From NCBI GenBank assembly GCA_017442875.1, contig JAFSPN010000030.1, positions 1 through 52,049 of the forward strand: a stretch of DNA of 52,049 bases, given 5' to 3'. Every line of letters starts with the position of its first letter. Positions within the stretch are counted from its first letter, which is position 1. The DNA comes from Bacilli bacterium (lineage in GTDB: Bacteria; Bacillota_I; Bacilli_A; RFN20; CAG-826). The position numbers and the translations under genes are program-made. Below, one piece after another: positions 8,975 to 18,864 of this stretch. The notes under the pieces are model-generated. The model saw nothing but the letters and a program-made list of their open reading frames with translations. It was not told the origin of the DNA and searched no databases.

Positions 8975-11701
8975 CTATTCAATGGCTGTTCTCGTATCAG
9001 TGGTATAGCTAATATTCTTGAGTAATCTCATATTATCGATATAAATATCGCTCGCAGAGTAATCATTATTAACAATACCAAATGATACGGACTCAATATT
9101 CTTCGCGTAGTTCGCACTGATGGTCTTAGAGCTACCGTTAACATCTTTGAATAGTTCAAAGCCAATCTCATAATGCGTCCATGTTGTTGGAAGATTGCTT
9201 AATGTATAGCGCATCTTGAGAAGTGAGGATCCAGTTCTCCAGTTGAGGTTGAGGTAAACAGTAGCCTTACCATCACCTTTAATATCAATTGAGAAACCTT
9301 TAGCGGTAATAGTATTAGCAAACTGCGTTGCTCTACTATAAGAAACTGACTCATAACCCTTATAGTGCATTCTGAGTGATTTAGCACCACCGATACTTGA
9401 GACATCAGTGGCTAAAGCCATTTCGTTATAATCACGCTCTGTCACATAAGACCAGTAATCAAAGATTTGGTTATTGTTAGCGTAATCTTCCATCGTTTCA
9501 ACGGTAATTCTATTTGGATTATCTTCGTCTTCTTTAATTGTCCCGCTGATTTCAGTTATTGTTGTTTCACTAGCGGTCTTAAAGTAGATTTCATCGATAT
9601 AAACAGGATTAGCGATCGCGTATGTTGGATGATGATTACCTTGTTGGTCGTAATATAAATATTTGAAACCAAAAGCCATATGAACAATGTGCTCAGAGCT
9701 TAATGGATTTGGATCGTTATATAAAGCATCACCGTTATTTAAAACGAAGTCATTGAATGAAATTGTGTAGTTATGCCATTCTTTTTCCACTTTATCAATG
9801 ACATAGCGGTACCATTCGCCACTATCCATCGTTAATTGAATAGTCATTTCTGCAGCGACATCTTTTTCATCGAGATAAGCAACCGCTGGATCATCGAATT
9901 TAACAGATGCATCCTTTAACCAAATTGAGAAGGCGTTCTTACCCACCACGGCTTTGGTATCCATATATAGCTGATAAGTGGCCATTTCCATATCGGCTTT
10001 ATAGTCAAATTCTGCGCAGTAGCTATTGGAACTACCACCAGCTTTATGAATGGTATCGAGTTTCATCGCTTCGTCTTTGTTAACGACGCTTTGTTCCCAG
10101 TAGTAATACATTTCGGTGTAGATGTTGTAGTTATTGAAGTTATCAATACAGCCATCTTCACCAATTGTGCGTCTTACTAAACCGACATTATCAACGATAA
10201 TTGGATCTTCACCTTCCGCTGGTTCTGGGAATAAATCTTTAATGCTAATGACTTCTAAATCTTTAATAGAGAGAGTGCCAGTAGCGTAGTTATCCGCTAA
10301 ACCGATATTAAACTTTTGAATGAAGTAGAACTGTTTCGTACCATCACCTGTCATATAGTCCGTTCTTTGGAACGCCTTTAAAGGAATGATGAGTTCTTTA
10401 TAATCGTCTTTTGTAAAGTATGTAAACGGTGTCTTAAACTGCCACCTATCGTTATCTTCTTCAAGAATTCTGAAGTAGAACATCGCATTAGTGGATGAGC
10501 CAGTATATTTGACTTTCATCTTAAGAGCGTCACCCTTTACAAAATACTTATAAATATTGATGTTTTGGAAACCATAACCATTGAAACCATTAGGATTTGT
10601 TTCCGCGTTACGAGCGTTATAAACCAAAGTGATTTCACTACCATCTTCAGAAATAATCATGTCTTTTCTAAAGTCATAATTTTCAAATGTCCAATCTTTT
10701 GGATCGCTCATTCTAAAGTCCATCTTATCGACAAACATATCTTTGTAGTCGTCGTATTTGACCGCTTTAATGTTGGAAAAAAGACACACGCCATCGCCAA
10801 ACGTTCTTTCAAAGACGATTTCAAAGTATCTAATATGTTCCCAGTCAAACTTGCGGTTAAAAATATTAGTGCCTGCTGTTCTTAATTCAAATTCGTCATA
10901 GCGCATCAAAATAGTTTGTTTTGAGTTATTAGCGATTTGTACTTGCTTATGCCAGTATTCACCATCATAGTCAAGAACACGGACTAAAACGGTCGCGTCA
11001 TGACCAGAATAGTAGAAATTAAAGAAGAATGCGTCTGTACCATATAGTTCGCGATCTTCTGCTTTAGTGACAACAATCCAACCATTACTACTAGCGTGTT
11101 GTTCGGCTGGTTCTTGCATCGTATGCTCTTTATCAAAGACGATAGCTAATGAGTTTTCTCCATTACCAAAGAAGTTACTTCTATCAATTGATATATCAGC
11201 GTAGCTACCTTCTTTATGAAGGACCCAGTCTTGCGCGTCTTCAATCTTAATTGGAATTTCGTCAACCTTCACCGATTCATAAAAGAAGTTACCGACTTCA
11301 TTACACTTTTTAGTGTGGTCCTTATTAATCGCGGTCACTCGCCAGTAATAAAGGATACCTTTTTTATCTAAAGAATAAGATAAGGAGAATTTCGTATCGG
11401 TAATATTACTTTCTCTAACATAGACATCTTCTGTTTCGTCTTCGTTAACAAAGTTAATGTTATTAGCGATTTCTAGTTGATAATAATCACAGTTGGAGGC
11501 TTCTTCCCATGTGAATACAAAGTCAGAAGAGCCGCTATAGCCATTTTCAGGCGTTAGGAGCGAGAAACTGCCGATCTCCCCAATATGTCTTGGTTCGACA
11601 ATAGAACGTTCGTTAAAACTGCCGCTATCATCTTCAACATTTTGTCCACATCCAATAAGTAAGAATGGGACGAATAATAAAGTAAGGAATCTTTTTTTCA
11701 T
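8975..11701 (-). CDS. Large lipoprotein: FN3/SusE-like N-domain plus tandem CBM11/CIA30-like jelly-roll domains
   Basis: Lipobox LIGC; repeated units ending YIDEIYF, YIDNMRL, FSNIKAV, IKDLEV; no catalytic motif recognised. Confidence 0.6.
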   Translation of the reverse strand: MKKRFLTLLFVPFLLIGCGQNVEDDSGSFNERSIVEPRHIGEIGSFSLLTPENGYSGSSDFVFTWEEASNCDYYQLEIANNINFVNEDETEDVYVRESNITDTKFSLSYSLDKKGILYYWRVTAINKDHTKKCNEVGNFFYESVKVDEIPIKIEDAQDWVLHKEGSYADISIDRSNFFGNGENSLAIVFDKEHTMQEPAEQHASSNGWIVVTKAEDRELYGTDAFFFNFYYSGHDATVLVRVLDYDGEYWHKQVQIANNSKQTILMRYDEFELRTAGTNIFNRKFDWEHIRYFEIVFERTFGDGVCLFSNIKAVKYDDYKDMFVDKMDFRMSDPKDWTFENYDFRKDMIISEDGSEITLVYNARNAETNPNGFNGYGFQNINIYKYFVKGDALKMKVKYTGSSTNAMFYFRILEEDNDRWQFKTPFTYFTKDDYKELIIPLKAFQRTDYMTGDGTKQFYFIQKFNIGLADNYATGTLSIKDLEVISIKDLFPEPAEGEDPIIVDNVGLVRRTIGEDGCIDNFNNYNIYTEMYYYWEQSVVNKDEAMKLDTIHKAGGSSNSYCAEFDYKADMEMATYQLYMDTKAVVGKNAFSIWLKDASVKFDDPAVAYLDEKDVAAEMTIQLTMDSGEWYRYVIDKVEKEWHNYTISFNDFVLNNGDALYNDPNPLSSEHIVHMAFGFKYLYYDQQGNHHPTYAIANPVYIDEIYFKTASETTITEISGTIKEDEDNPNRITVETMEDYANNNQIFDYWSYVTERDYNEMALATDVSSIGGAKSLRMHYKGYESVSYSRATQFANTITAKGFSIDIKGDGKATVYLNLNWRTGSSLLKMRYTLSNLPTTWTHYEIGFELFKDVNGSSKTISANYAKNIESVSFGIVNNDYSASDIYIDNMRLLKNISYTTDTRTAIE

Positions 11702-11704
11702 AAC

Positions 11705-13240
11705 TTATAACTCCTTACTAGAAAGAATAACCATTGAGTTCGCTGGTACTTCGAATTCAATTTGATCTTTTAAGCTTAATTCTAAAACATCGTTTTCTTT
11801 AACAAAGCCATCTTCACCAATTTTTAATTGGGCTTCGTTATAGATATAGATATAAACCTTGCCAGAATCATTAAATTCATTAGCCATTCTAAATGTTTTA
11901 GTAACTGGTAAAATGCCTCTATTGATAGCGACCACGCCAGCGTATTCTTGTTCAGGTCCCACAATACCCATGCTTCTAAAGCTATTATCAATTTCTGGAT
12001 CATTAACACCAGAATCGATAACTTGGCTACCCTTACGCATGAGGTTTGTTAATAAGACAGAAGAATGGTACCAAGGTCTTAATCTTTGCTTATAAGCAGT
12101 ATCAGTACCTAAAGACGAGAACATACCCCAACCTTTGGAGTTGGTGGAACCATCAGCGTGGTACATAAAGTGCATGCCATCATCAAAGTCCCAATAAACA
12201 ATGGAACTTACACCCGCGATTGCGCATTGTAAGGTGTAATCCGCCATTCTAAGACCATATGAGAAGTTAGCGATATAAGCATTGGAGTCTGTTTCGGCGT
12301 TTTTGCCATCGTATAAACCAGCTTCCCAAACGTGTGGCATTCTGGTGACGCCTAATTGTTTATCGTTTTTCTTAGTTTTATCATACATCTCTTTGATACG
12401 GACCGCTAAATCGCCAGTATCGATAATCATATTTGGACAATAGACATGGAAACCATAGTCACCAACTTGTTCTCTTAATGTTTTATCGGTAGAAATACCA
12501 GTGAAATATTCATCTGTGCCTTCAAAACCAGTAGTATCACCGCCAACGATTTTGATATCGTTATAACCGCGTTCATCGAGGGCTTTTCTAACGTTTTTAA
12601 CGCCTTGTGCCCATTTTGAGAAGTTGTTTTTCGCGTTTTTGCTCTTGCCTTCAATACCTGTATAGTTTGGTTCATTAGAATTAACGAAATATTTGATGCA
12701 TTTGATACCTTGTTTTTTAATGAGATATTCAATAATATCAACGGTCATCGTGGCCCATCTTGGATCGCTTGTGACATCATCAAACATCTGATATTGGTCA
12801 GCTCCTAAATTACCAGGGACGTTCCAACAACCAAAGGCGACATCAATATTATGATCATCGCAGTAACGGAGAACATCGACGGTATTATCCATTAATTTGT
12901 TTGAGAAATTGTATTCCCAAGTATCATCGCTTTTATCATCGTTGTTTTGATCTTTGAAATTGGTAATAAACCAGTCATAGTTGAGCATGCATCTAGTGAC
13001 CGAAGGATTTAAACGATCCATAATTTTCAAAGATCTTTCCCACGCACCAGAAGATAGTTTATCAGGGTCTTCATAAGTACCCCACTCAACGCCTAAGCCT
13101 TCAAAGTTGTTTAAAACGACATTCTTGTTTCTGAAAACGAGGTTCGTTTTATCGACTGGCTTGTTATTATTACAGCCCATAACAATGGCAAGGCAACAAG
13201 ATAATAGCGACAAAGAAATAATTTTATTTGTCTTGCTCAT
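11705..13240 (-). CDS. Lipoprotein glycoside hydrolase, clan GH-A (GH5/GH30/GH39-like)
   Basis: Lipobox VMGC; NEP acid/base motif (NSNEPN), FHVY, candidate nucleophile VWEAG, C-terminal beta-sandwich ending VPANSMVIL. Confidence 0.7.
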   Translation of the reverse strand: MSKTNKIISLSLLSCCLAIVMGCNNNKPVDKTNLVFRNKNVVLNNFEGLGVEWGTYEDPDKLSSGAWERSLKIMDRLNPSVTRCMLNYDWFITNFKDQNNDDKSDDTWEYNFSNKLMDNTVDVLRYCDDHNIDVAFGCWNVPGNLGADQYQMFDDVTSDPRWATMTVDIIEYLIKKQGIKCIKYFVNSNEPNYTGIEGKSKNAKNNFSKWAQGVKNVRKALDERGYNDIKIVGGDTTGFEGTDEYFTGISTDKTLREQVGDYGFHVYCPNMIIDTGDLAVRIKEMYDKTKKNDKQLGVTRMPHVWEAGLYDGKNAETDSNAYIANFSYGLRMADYTLQCAIAGVSSIVYWDFDDGMHFMYHADGSTNSKGWGMFSSLGTDTAYKQRLRPWYHSSVLLTNLMRKGSQVIDSGVNDPEIDNSFRSMGIVGPEQEYAGVVAINRGILPVTKTFRMANEFNDSGKVYIYIYNEAQLKIGEDGFVKENDVLELSLKDQIEFEVPANSMVILSSKEL

Positions 13241-13243
13241 AGT

Positions 13244-14902
13244 TTATTTTCCTAACTTTTTATTGATTTCGTTTAGTGAATTCTTCCAGCCACCATCTTT
13301 ATCAAATTCACTCTTATAAGCATCTATGGTTTTAATTGTGTCAAAGCAATATTTTGAAGCATATGAATTAGCGAGTTGTAACAAGCCCTGTGTTTGTTCG
13401 TTTTTTGTTGGTGTAGACATCCAAGCGATATCATCTGGTTCTTGAACAACACGGATTTGGCCATTTGCTCTAGCAACTTTCATTTCTTCTTGCCAGGCGT
13501 TAACAATATCAAAAGCTTCTTGATCCGCTTCGGTATATGGGTCATAAGCTTTATAGTCATTGCCTAATGTGACCATATATCTTAGTGACTTAGCACCGTT
13601 AATCTTTTGGATATAGTTTCCTTTTTGGTCTTTTTCCCAACCAGTTTCAGAAAGGACGACTTGACCATCAACAATTGTGTAGTCATAGCCTTCTTGGCCA
13701 TACACCGCTAACATGGTGCCTTCTTCTGATAATAAATAATCAAGGATATCTAAAATCTTATTCATTTTCTTATCAGAGATATCATAATTAAACATCGTCA
13801 TCGCGAACCAGTTTTCAATACCTTCAATCGCGTATTTACCATCTGGTCCCTTAATTTTTAAGAAAGCAACACCATCATCGACATTGACATCTTTGTTGTT
13901 TGTTTTGAATGATTTTCTGAGTTTAGCGTAGTTAGTGAAACCAAGGTTATCATAAAAGACACCCGCCAAACCGGCTTTATATTTGTCATAAGCACGACCA
14001 TTTTCTTCTGTAAAGAGGTATTGGTCTGGTGAATAGTAGCCCTTTTCTTTAACGAAATCTTTAGCCACTTCTAAACCTTGGATATATTCATCACTTGTGA
14101 AATTATTAATGGCTTTCCCAGTAGAATCTTTAGCAAAACAGTGAGGTGCTGTTTTGTAGAAATTAGTAACTGATGGGAAACCCCAAGGTTGGTCAACCAA
14201 AACGACATCGCTATTGATTTGGCTATCATCGACGTATTTTTTGAAAGCCTTTAATAGGTTATTAAATTCATCCCATGTATAAACATCACCTTCTCTATAG
14301 ATAGGTTGATATCCGCTTAAGTTTTTATTAGCCTCATCAATAGCCTTTGCCCAGTCTCTTCTATAAACATAGGTGAAGTTTGAATAGTCTTTAGATGGAT
14401 TATTAATGTCATTAGCGATTGGAATGCCATATAATTTGCCGTTTATTTTTAAAGAATCAAGATTTGTGGTGTTATCAAGCATCTTTTTGATGTTTGGCCA
14501 TTTGGACATATCATCTGGCAAGGCCTTAACGACATATTTTTGCACCCACTTTTCGTATGATGCACCAAAGTTATACGCTTTTAAGTTATAGTGAATGACA
14601 TCAGGAAGAGTTTGGCTAGTAACTGAAATATTAACATCATCATCCCATGTGCCATATGAATAGCTTGATGGTTTAATTTTGACATCGAATTTCTTATTTA
14701 AAAATTCAGTGTATGTATCCCCTCCATCATATTCAGGTAACCCGTTATCTGGATCACCAGCGAAATAGACGTTTTTAAGATTTAAGATAAGACGTCCGTC
14801 TTTATCATACTTATCAGCGCCTGAAGTATGCCCGCATCCCGTTAGAGCACTAACGGCTAAAATGGTTGTAAATAGGCTAATAAATAATGGTTTTGCGTTC
14901 AT
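13244..14902 (-). CDS. Carbohydrate ABC transporter solute-binding lipoprotein (LplA-like)
   Basis: GGAGGT SD at 14911-14916 before ATG 14902; lipobox LTGC; GKLYGIP, YRRDW, TWDEF, YGQEGYDY motifs. Confidence 0.85.
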   Translation of the reverse strand: MNAKPLFISLFTTILAVSALTGCGHTSGADKYDKDGRLILNLKNVYFAGDPDNGLPEYDGGDTYTEFLNKKFDVKIKPSSYSYGTWDDDVNISVTSQTLPDVIHYNLKAYNFGASYEKWVQKYVVKALPDDMSKWPNIKKMLDNTTNLDSLKINGKLYGIPIANDINNPSKDYSNFTYVYRRDWAKAIDEANKNLSGYQPIYREGDVYTWDEFNNLLKAFKKYVDDSQINSDVVLVDQPWGFPSVTNFYKTAPHCFAKDSTGKAINNFTSDEYIQGLEVAKDFVKEKGYYSPDQYLFTEENGRAYDKYKAGLAGVFYDNLGFTNYAKLRKSFKTNNKDVNVDDGVAFLKIKGPDGKYAIEGIENWFAMTMFNYDISDKKMNKILDILDYLLSEEGTMLAVYGQEGYDYTIVDGQVVLSETGWEKDQKGNYIQKINGAKSLRYMVTLGNDYKAYDPYTEADQEAFDIVNAWQEEMKVARANGQIRVVQEPDDIAWMSTPTKNEQTQGLLQLANSYASKYCFDTIKTIDAYKSEFDKDGGWKNSLNEINKKLGK

Positions 14903-14919
14903 AGATAAATACCTCCTTT

Positions 14920-15828
14920 TTATCCTTTGATAGCGCCGACTACAATACCTTTCACAAAGAATCTTTGTAAGAAAGGATAGAAGCACATCATTGGCACAAT
15001 AGTGAAGAAAATAGACGCCATTGTTAAACCTTCTGAGAAGTCTTCGGTAACCGTACCTGTCTCAATGGTTGATGATACTTTTGTAATCATTGTTTTTAAG
15101 ACCATTTGTAATGGCCAAATTTTCTTATTATCTGGAATAAAGAGCATCGCGTTATACCAAGAGTTCCAGTTACCAACAGCAAAGAATAAACCAACTGTCG
15201 CTAACATTGGTAAGGAAAGTGGTAAGAACACTTTAACGAAGATAATGATATCGTTTGCCCCATCAATTTTCGCGCTTTCTTCCATTTCCGCTGGTAAGGA
15301 AGCGAAATAGTTACGCATCAATAACATATTAAATGTATCAATCGCACCTGGGATAATCATGACCCAGATGGTGTTCATCATGCCTAAATCTCTAATTAAG
15401 CAGTAATATGGCACCATACCACCGCCGAAGAACATGGTGACTAAAATCATATTCATGACTAAGTTTTTACCAGTCCAATTCTTTCTAGATAAGGCATAGC
15501 CTGTAATAACAGTAAAGAATAATTGATAAATCGTACCACCGATTAAAAGAATCATGGTGATACCAAAGCCTGACCAAAGTTGATTGTTGTTAAACACTCT
15601 TTGATAAGCGGAGAAATCAATTTCAGTTGGCCATAATAATAAATTGGAATGCAAATAAGCATGTTCTGTAGAAATCGAAATCACAAATGCATTCCAGAAC
15701 GGGAAGATGATTAAGAAAGCATAGACAATTAAAATTGCGACAATAATAATATCTAAGCTTTGAATTCTTGTGTCCCTATTTGAGCGTCTCGCACGAAGTG
15801 GGAGTCTCTCTAATTGTTGTTTTTTCAT
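14920..15828 (-). CDS. Carbohydrate ABC transporter permease (LplC/MalG type)
   Basis: EAA loop EMEESAKIDGA, FGGGMVP, WNSWY; start at MKKQQ (15828). Confidence 0.92.
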   Translation of the reverse strand: MKKQQLERLPLRARRSNRDTRIQSLDIIIVAILIVYAFLIIFPFWNAFVISISTEHAYLHSNLLLWPTEIDFSAYQRVFNNNQLWSGFGITMILLIGGTIYQLFFTVITGYALSRKNWTGKNLVMNMILVTMFFGGGMVPYYCLIRDLGMMNTIWVMIIPGAIDTFNMLLMRNYFASLPAEMEESAKIDGANDIIIFVKVFLPLSLPMLATVGLFFAVGNWNSWYNAMLFIPDNKKIWPLQMVLKTMITKVSSTIETGTVTEDFSEGLTMASIFFTIVPMMCFYPFLQRFFVKGIVVGAIKG

Positions 15829-15829
15829 A

Positions 15830-16774
15830 TTAGATAATGCCTCTTTCACCACATGCTTTCGCGATCCTATCGACAATAATGACTAAAGTAAAGCTAATGA
15901 CTGATTTAAATAAACCAATCGCTGTACCGATACCTTCATTACCGGATTTAGTGATTGCGTGATAGTAAATATACGTATCAATAATATTGACGTCCTCACG
16001 AATGAGGTCGTTATTGCCTAAGTTAAGAACTTGGTCAAAGCCCGCGGATAAAACACCACCAACGGACATGATTAAGAGTAAGATGGCAACTGGCTTAATA
16101 CCAGGTAAGGTAATATGCCATATTTTTTGTAAACGCGTTGCCCCATCAATATCCGCAGCTTCATATTGATCTTGGGGGATGCCCGCCATTGTGGCAAGGT
16201 AGATAATGCTACCCCATCCTGCTTCTTTCCATATATCAGAAGCAAAAATCATGCCAAAGAAGAAATACTTATCGCCTAAGAAATTAGAACGGCTCCCACC
16301 CATGATTTCGGCTAAAGAGTTAATTGCGCCATTATAGGAGAACAATGAGAAGACAAAGCCAGAAACAACGACCCATGATAAGAAGTGTGGGAAGGTCACG
16401 ATTGTTTGGATTGTTTTCTTTGCTCTTCTCATTCTTAATTCATTGAGTAACAAAGCAATTGTCACCGCTCCTAAGAAGGAAATCACAATTTTGATAGAAC
16501 TAATAAAGATAGTGTTTCTAAACGCCAACCAGAATCTTGGTTCTTTAAAGACGGTGGCAAAGTTATCAAAGCCAATCCATGGTGAACCAAAAACACCAAA
16601 TCTAGGAATGTAATCCTGGAAGGCCATCAATATGCCATACATTGGCACGTAACAGAAAAGAGCATAGAAAATGACTGCCGGAACAATCATCATAATCAGA
16701 TATTTACTTCTGAAAATCTTTCCGCCTAATTTCCTAAATGGATTGTTACGTCTGGCAATTGTCGTTAATTCCAT
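15830..16774 (-). CDS. Carbohydrate ABC transporter permease (LplB/MalF type)
   Basis: PHFLSWVVV, WKEAGW, YEAADIDGA. Confidence 0.92.
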   Translation of the reverse strand: MELTTIARRNNPFRKLGGKIFRSKYLIMMIVPAVIFYALFCYVPMYGILMAFQDYIPRFGVFGSPWIGFDNFATVFKEPRFWLAFRNTIFISSIKIVISFLGAVTIALLLNELRMRRAKKTIQTIVTFPHFLSWVVVSGFVFSLFSYNGAINSLAEIMGGSRSNFLGDKYFFFGMIFASDIWKEAGWGSIIYLATMAGIPQDQYEAADIDGATRLQKIWHITLPGIKPVAILLLIMSVGGVLSAGFDQVLNLGNNDLIREDVNIIDTYIYYHAITKSGNEGIGTAIGLFKSVISFTLVIIVDRIAKACGERGII

Positions 16775-16779
16775 AATCT

Positions 16780-17763
16780 TTATCTTTCGTATTTAAGAAT
16801 GTAGTCAATCACTGTATCAACATCAGTGAATAATAACTCTGTGACAGTGTCCGCTCCACCAGCGTAAATCGCGATACGACCAGTTTTGCTATCTGTTAAG
16901 CATGAAACAGGGAATAAAACATTAGGCACGTACCCACTGGTTTCATAAATCTTTTCTGGCGCTAAGAGGAAGTTACCGCATCTATGTAGCACTTTACTTG
17001 GATCATCTCTATCAACAATCGCCGCACCAATTGAATAAACTAAACCAGAGCATGTTAAATTAGCGCCATGGAAGAACACTAACCAGCCTAAATCTGTTTC
17101 AATAGGGGTTGGTCCTGCACCGATTTTAGTGCCACACCACCATTCATAGCCTCTTTCCATAACGTGTCTATGCTTGCCCCAATATTCCAAATCATTTGAA
17201 TATGATAAGAAGATATCACCAAACTGCGTGTGTCCGGAATCGCTTGGGCGGGAGAACATCGCATATTGGCCGTTAATCTTTCTTGGGAATAAGACACCAT
17301 TTCTATTAAATGGGAGGAATGGGTTATCAATTAATTCAAAATCCTTGAAGTCTTTTGTTTTACCAATGCCCAATGTTGGACCATGGTTTGAGGTACAAAA
17401 GATAATGTAATAAAAACCTTCTAATTCCACGAGGCGTGGATCATATGCGTATTCCAATTTAGTTGGTTTTCCATTTTTATCGTGGAAAACAATTGGATTA
17501 TTTTCAAATTCAAAATTGATGCCGTCTTTGGAGTGACCGACAAAGAGGAATGGAATACCATTCTTTGTGTCCGCTCTAAAGACACCGATGAACGCACCTT
17601 TATAAGCCATGACTGCACTGTTGAACACTCTAGAAGCATTCGGGAATGGGTTCATTTTGATAATGGGGTTTTGTGAATATCTCCATAATGGGGAATCACA
17701 GCCTTCTGGACGTGGCTCATAAGGCATATTAGCTAATTCATTACCATAGATTTTGTGTTTCAT
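16780..17763 (-). CDS. GH130 subfamily 2-type beta-1,4-mannoside phosphorylase
   Basis: FNSAV, YDPR, NRNGVLFPRKI, SRPSDSGHT, KIGAGPTPIET motifs typical of mannooligosaccharide / Man-GlcNAc phosphorylases. Confidence 0.88.
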   Translation of the reverse strand: MKHKIYGNELANMPYEPRPEGCDSPLWRYSQNPIIKMNPFPNASRVFNSAVMAYKGAFIGVFRADTKNGIPFLFVGHSKDGINFEFENNPIVFHDKNGKPTKLEYAYDPRLVELEGFYYIIFCTSNHGPTLGIGKTKDFKDFELIDNPFLPFNRNGVLFPRKINGQYAMFSRPSDSGHTQFGDIFLSYSNDLEYWGKHRHVMERGYEWWCGTKIGAGPTPIETDLGWLVFFHGANLTCSGLVYSIGAAIVDRDDPSKVLHRCGNFLLAPEKIYETSGYVPNVLFPVSCLTDSKTGRIAIYAGGADTVTELLFTDVDTVIDYILKYER

Positions 17764-17772
17764 AATATCTAC

Positions 17773-18780
17773 CTACTTAGTAATTTCTTTGTTAGATTCT
17801 CTTTCGATAAAGTCGCACCTAATAACAATTTGCGAATAAGCGATTTGATGTGACTTAATCGAATTAGCGACGTATTTAGCAACTTCCTCACCAATTTCTT
17901 GACGAGGAATGTTAAATGTCGAAAGTTTAGGGGAAGTAAATTCTCCCGCACGAATATTGTCAAAGCCGATGACGGAAATATCATCAGGCACTTTTTTGTT
18001 TAATCTATTGATGACTTTAATCGCATTTAAAGCGATGATGTCGTTCGCGCAGACAATCGCGGTAATTGGATGAGTATTTAAAGCATTAGTCAGCATTTCT
18101 TCGTCTGAATAATATTTCTTATCGTTATTAAAGATGATAGAACAAGGTGTGACTTCACCTTTATGATTTTCCATACACGCCATGTATCCTTCGTGTCTTT
18201 CTCTAAATGATTGACTATGCGAATCACTACCATAGAAAGCGATGTAACGGTGCCCTTGTTCAATTAAACGACGGACCGCTAAATAGGATGAGTCGTAATT
18301 GGAAAACTTAAACTGTGTGGCTTCTGAATGGAATGTTTTAGGATCAACAATTACGATTGGTTTATTCTTACTTACTAAAGCATCAATAATTACTTGAGGC
18401 GCAACATGAATGATAATAAACGCACTACAAGATGATTCTTTGAGTTTTTTAAGCAAAACGTCATCGATCTTGTCTTCTTCAAAAGCGAAGTATTCCACGA
18501 TCAAATTACTTCTAGATAATGTTGAAGATATCGCGGTAATAATTGGTTGCCAGAAATCTTCCTTAAAAAGGATGCGGCTAGAACCAATTAAAAGAACGCG
18601 ATTAGAAGATACTTTGTGTACTTTTAATTTAGAAGTATCATAACCAAGTTCAGTGGCTTTCCTAATAATCTTTTCTCTAGTAGCATCAGAAACATTGTTC
18701 TTACCGCCTAAAGCACGAGATACTAAACCTTTAGTTACGCCACATTCTTTAGCAATTTGATCGAGTGTTGTCTTTTTCAT
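17773..18780 (-). CDS. LacI-family transcriptional regulator
   Basis: TLDQIAKECGVTKGLVSRAL HTH; CANDIIA, VPDDISVIGFDN, P-x-LST. Confidence 0.92.
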   Translation of the reverse strand: MKKTTLDQIAKECGVTKGLVSRALGGKNNVSDATREKIIRKATELGYDTSKLKVHKVSSNRVLLIGSSRILFKEDFWQPIITAISSTLSRSNLIVEYFAFEEDKIDDVLLKKLKESSCSAFIIIHVAPQVIIDALVSKNKPIVIVDPKTFHSEATQFKFSNYDSSYLAVRRLIEQGHRYIAFYGSDSHSQSFRERHEGYMACMENHKGEVTPCSIIFNNDKKYYSDEEMLTNALNTHPITAIVCANDIIALNAIKVINRLNKKVPDDISVIGFDNIRAGEFTSPKLSTFNIPRQEIGEEVAKYVANSIKSHQIAYSQIVIRCDFIERESNKEITK

Positions 18781-18813
18781 AATATTCTATTTTTTAAAGA
18801 TTATACGAGTATA

Positions 18814-18837
18814 GGAGGGGTAATTAGATACCCCTCC
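18814..18837. terminator. Strong stem-loop after the 1147-aa lipoprotein gene (terminator or mRNA stabiliser)
   Basis: GGAGGGGTA-6 nt-TACCCCTCC perfect 9-bp stem; weak U tract on the minus strand; TATAAT just downstream, before lacI. Confidence 0.6.
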
Positions 18838-18864
18838 AAATACACGTTGTACGCATTTAGCGCA

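Noticed and set aside
14903-14986. Extended N-termini from the ORF track (also 15829-15876, 22261-22308, 33977-34018, 38880-38927, 42823-42846)
   Set aside because: They overlap upstream genes or promoters; downstream ATGs have SDs and/or give proper signal peptides or domain starts.
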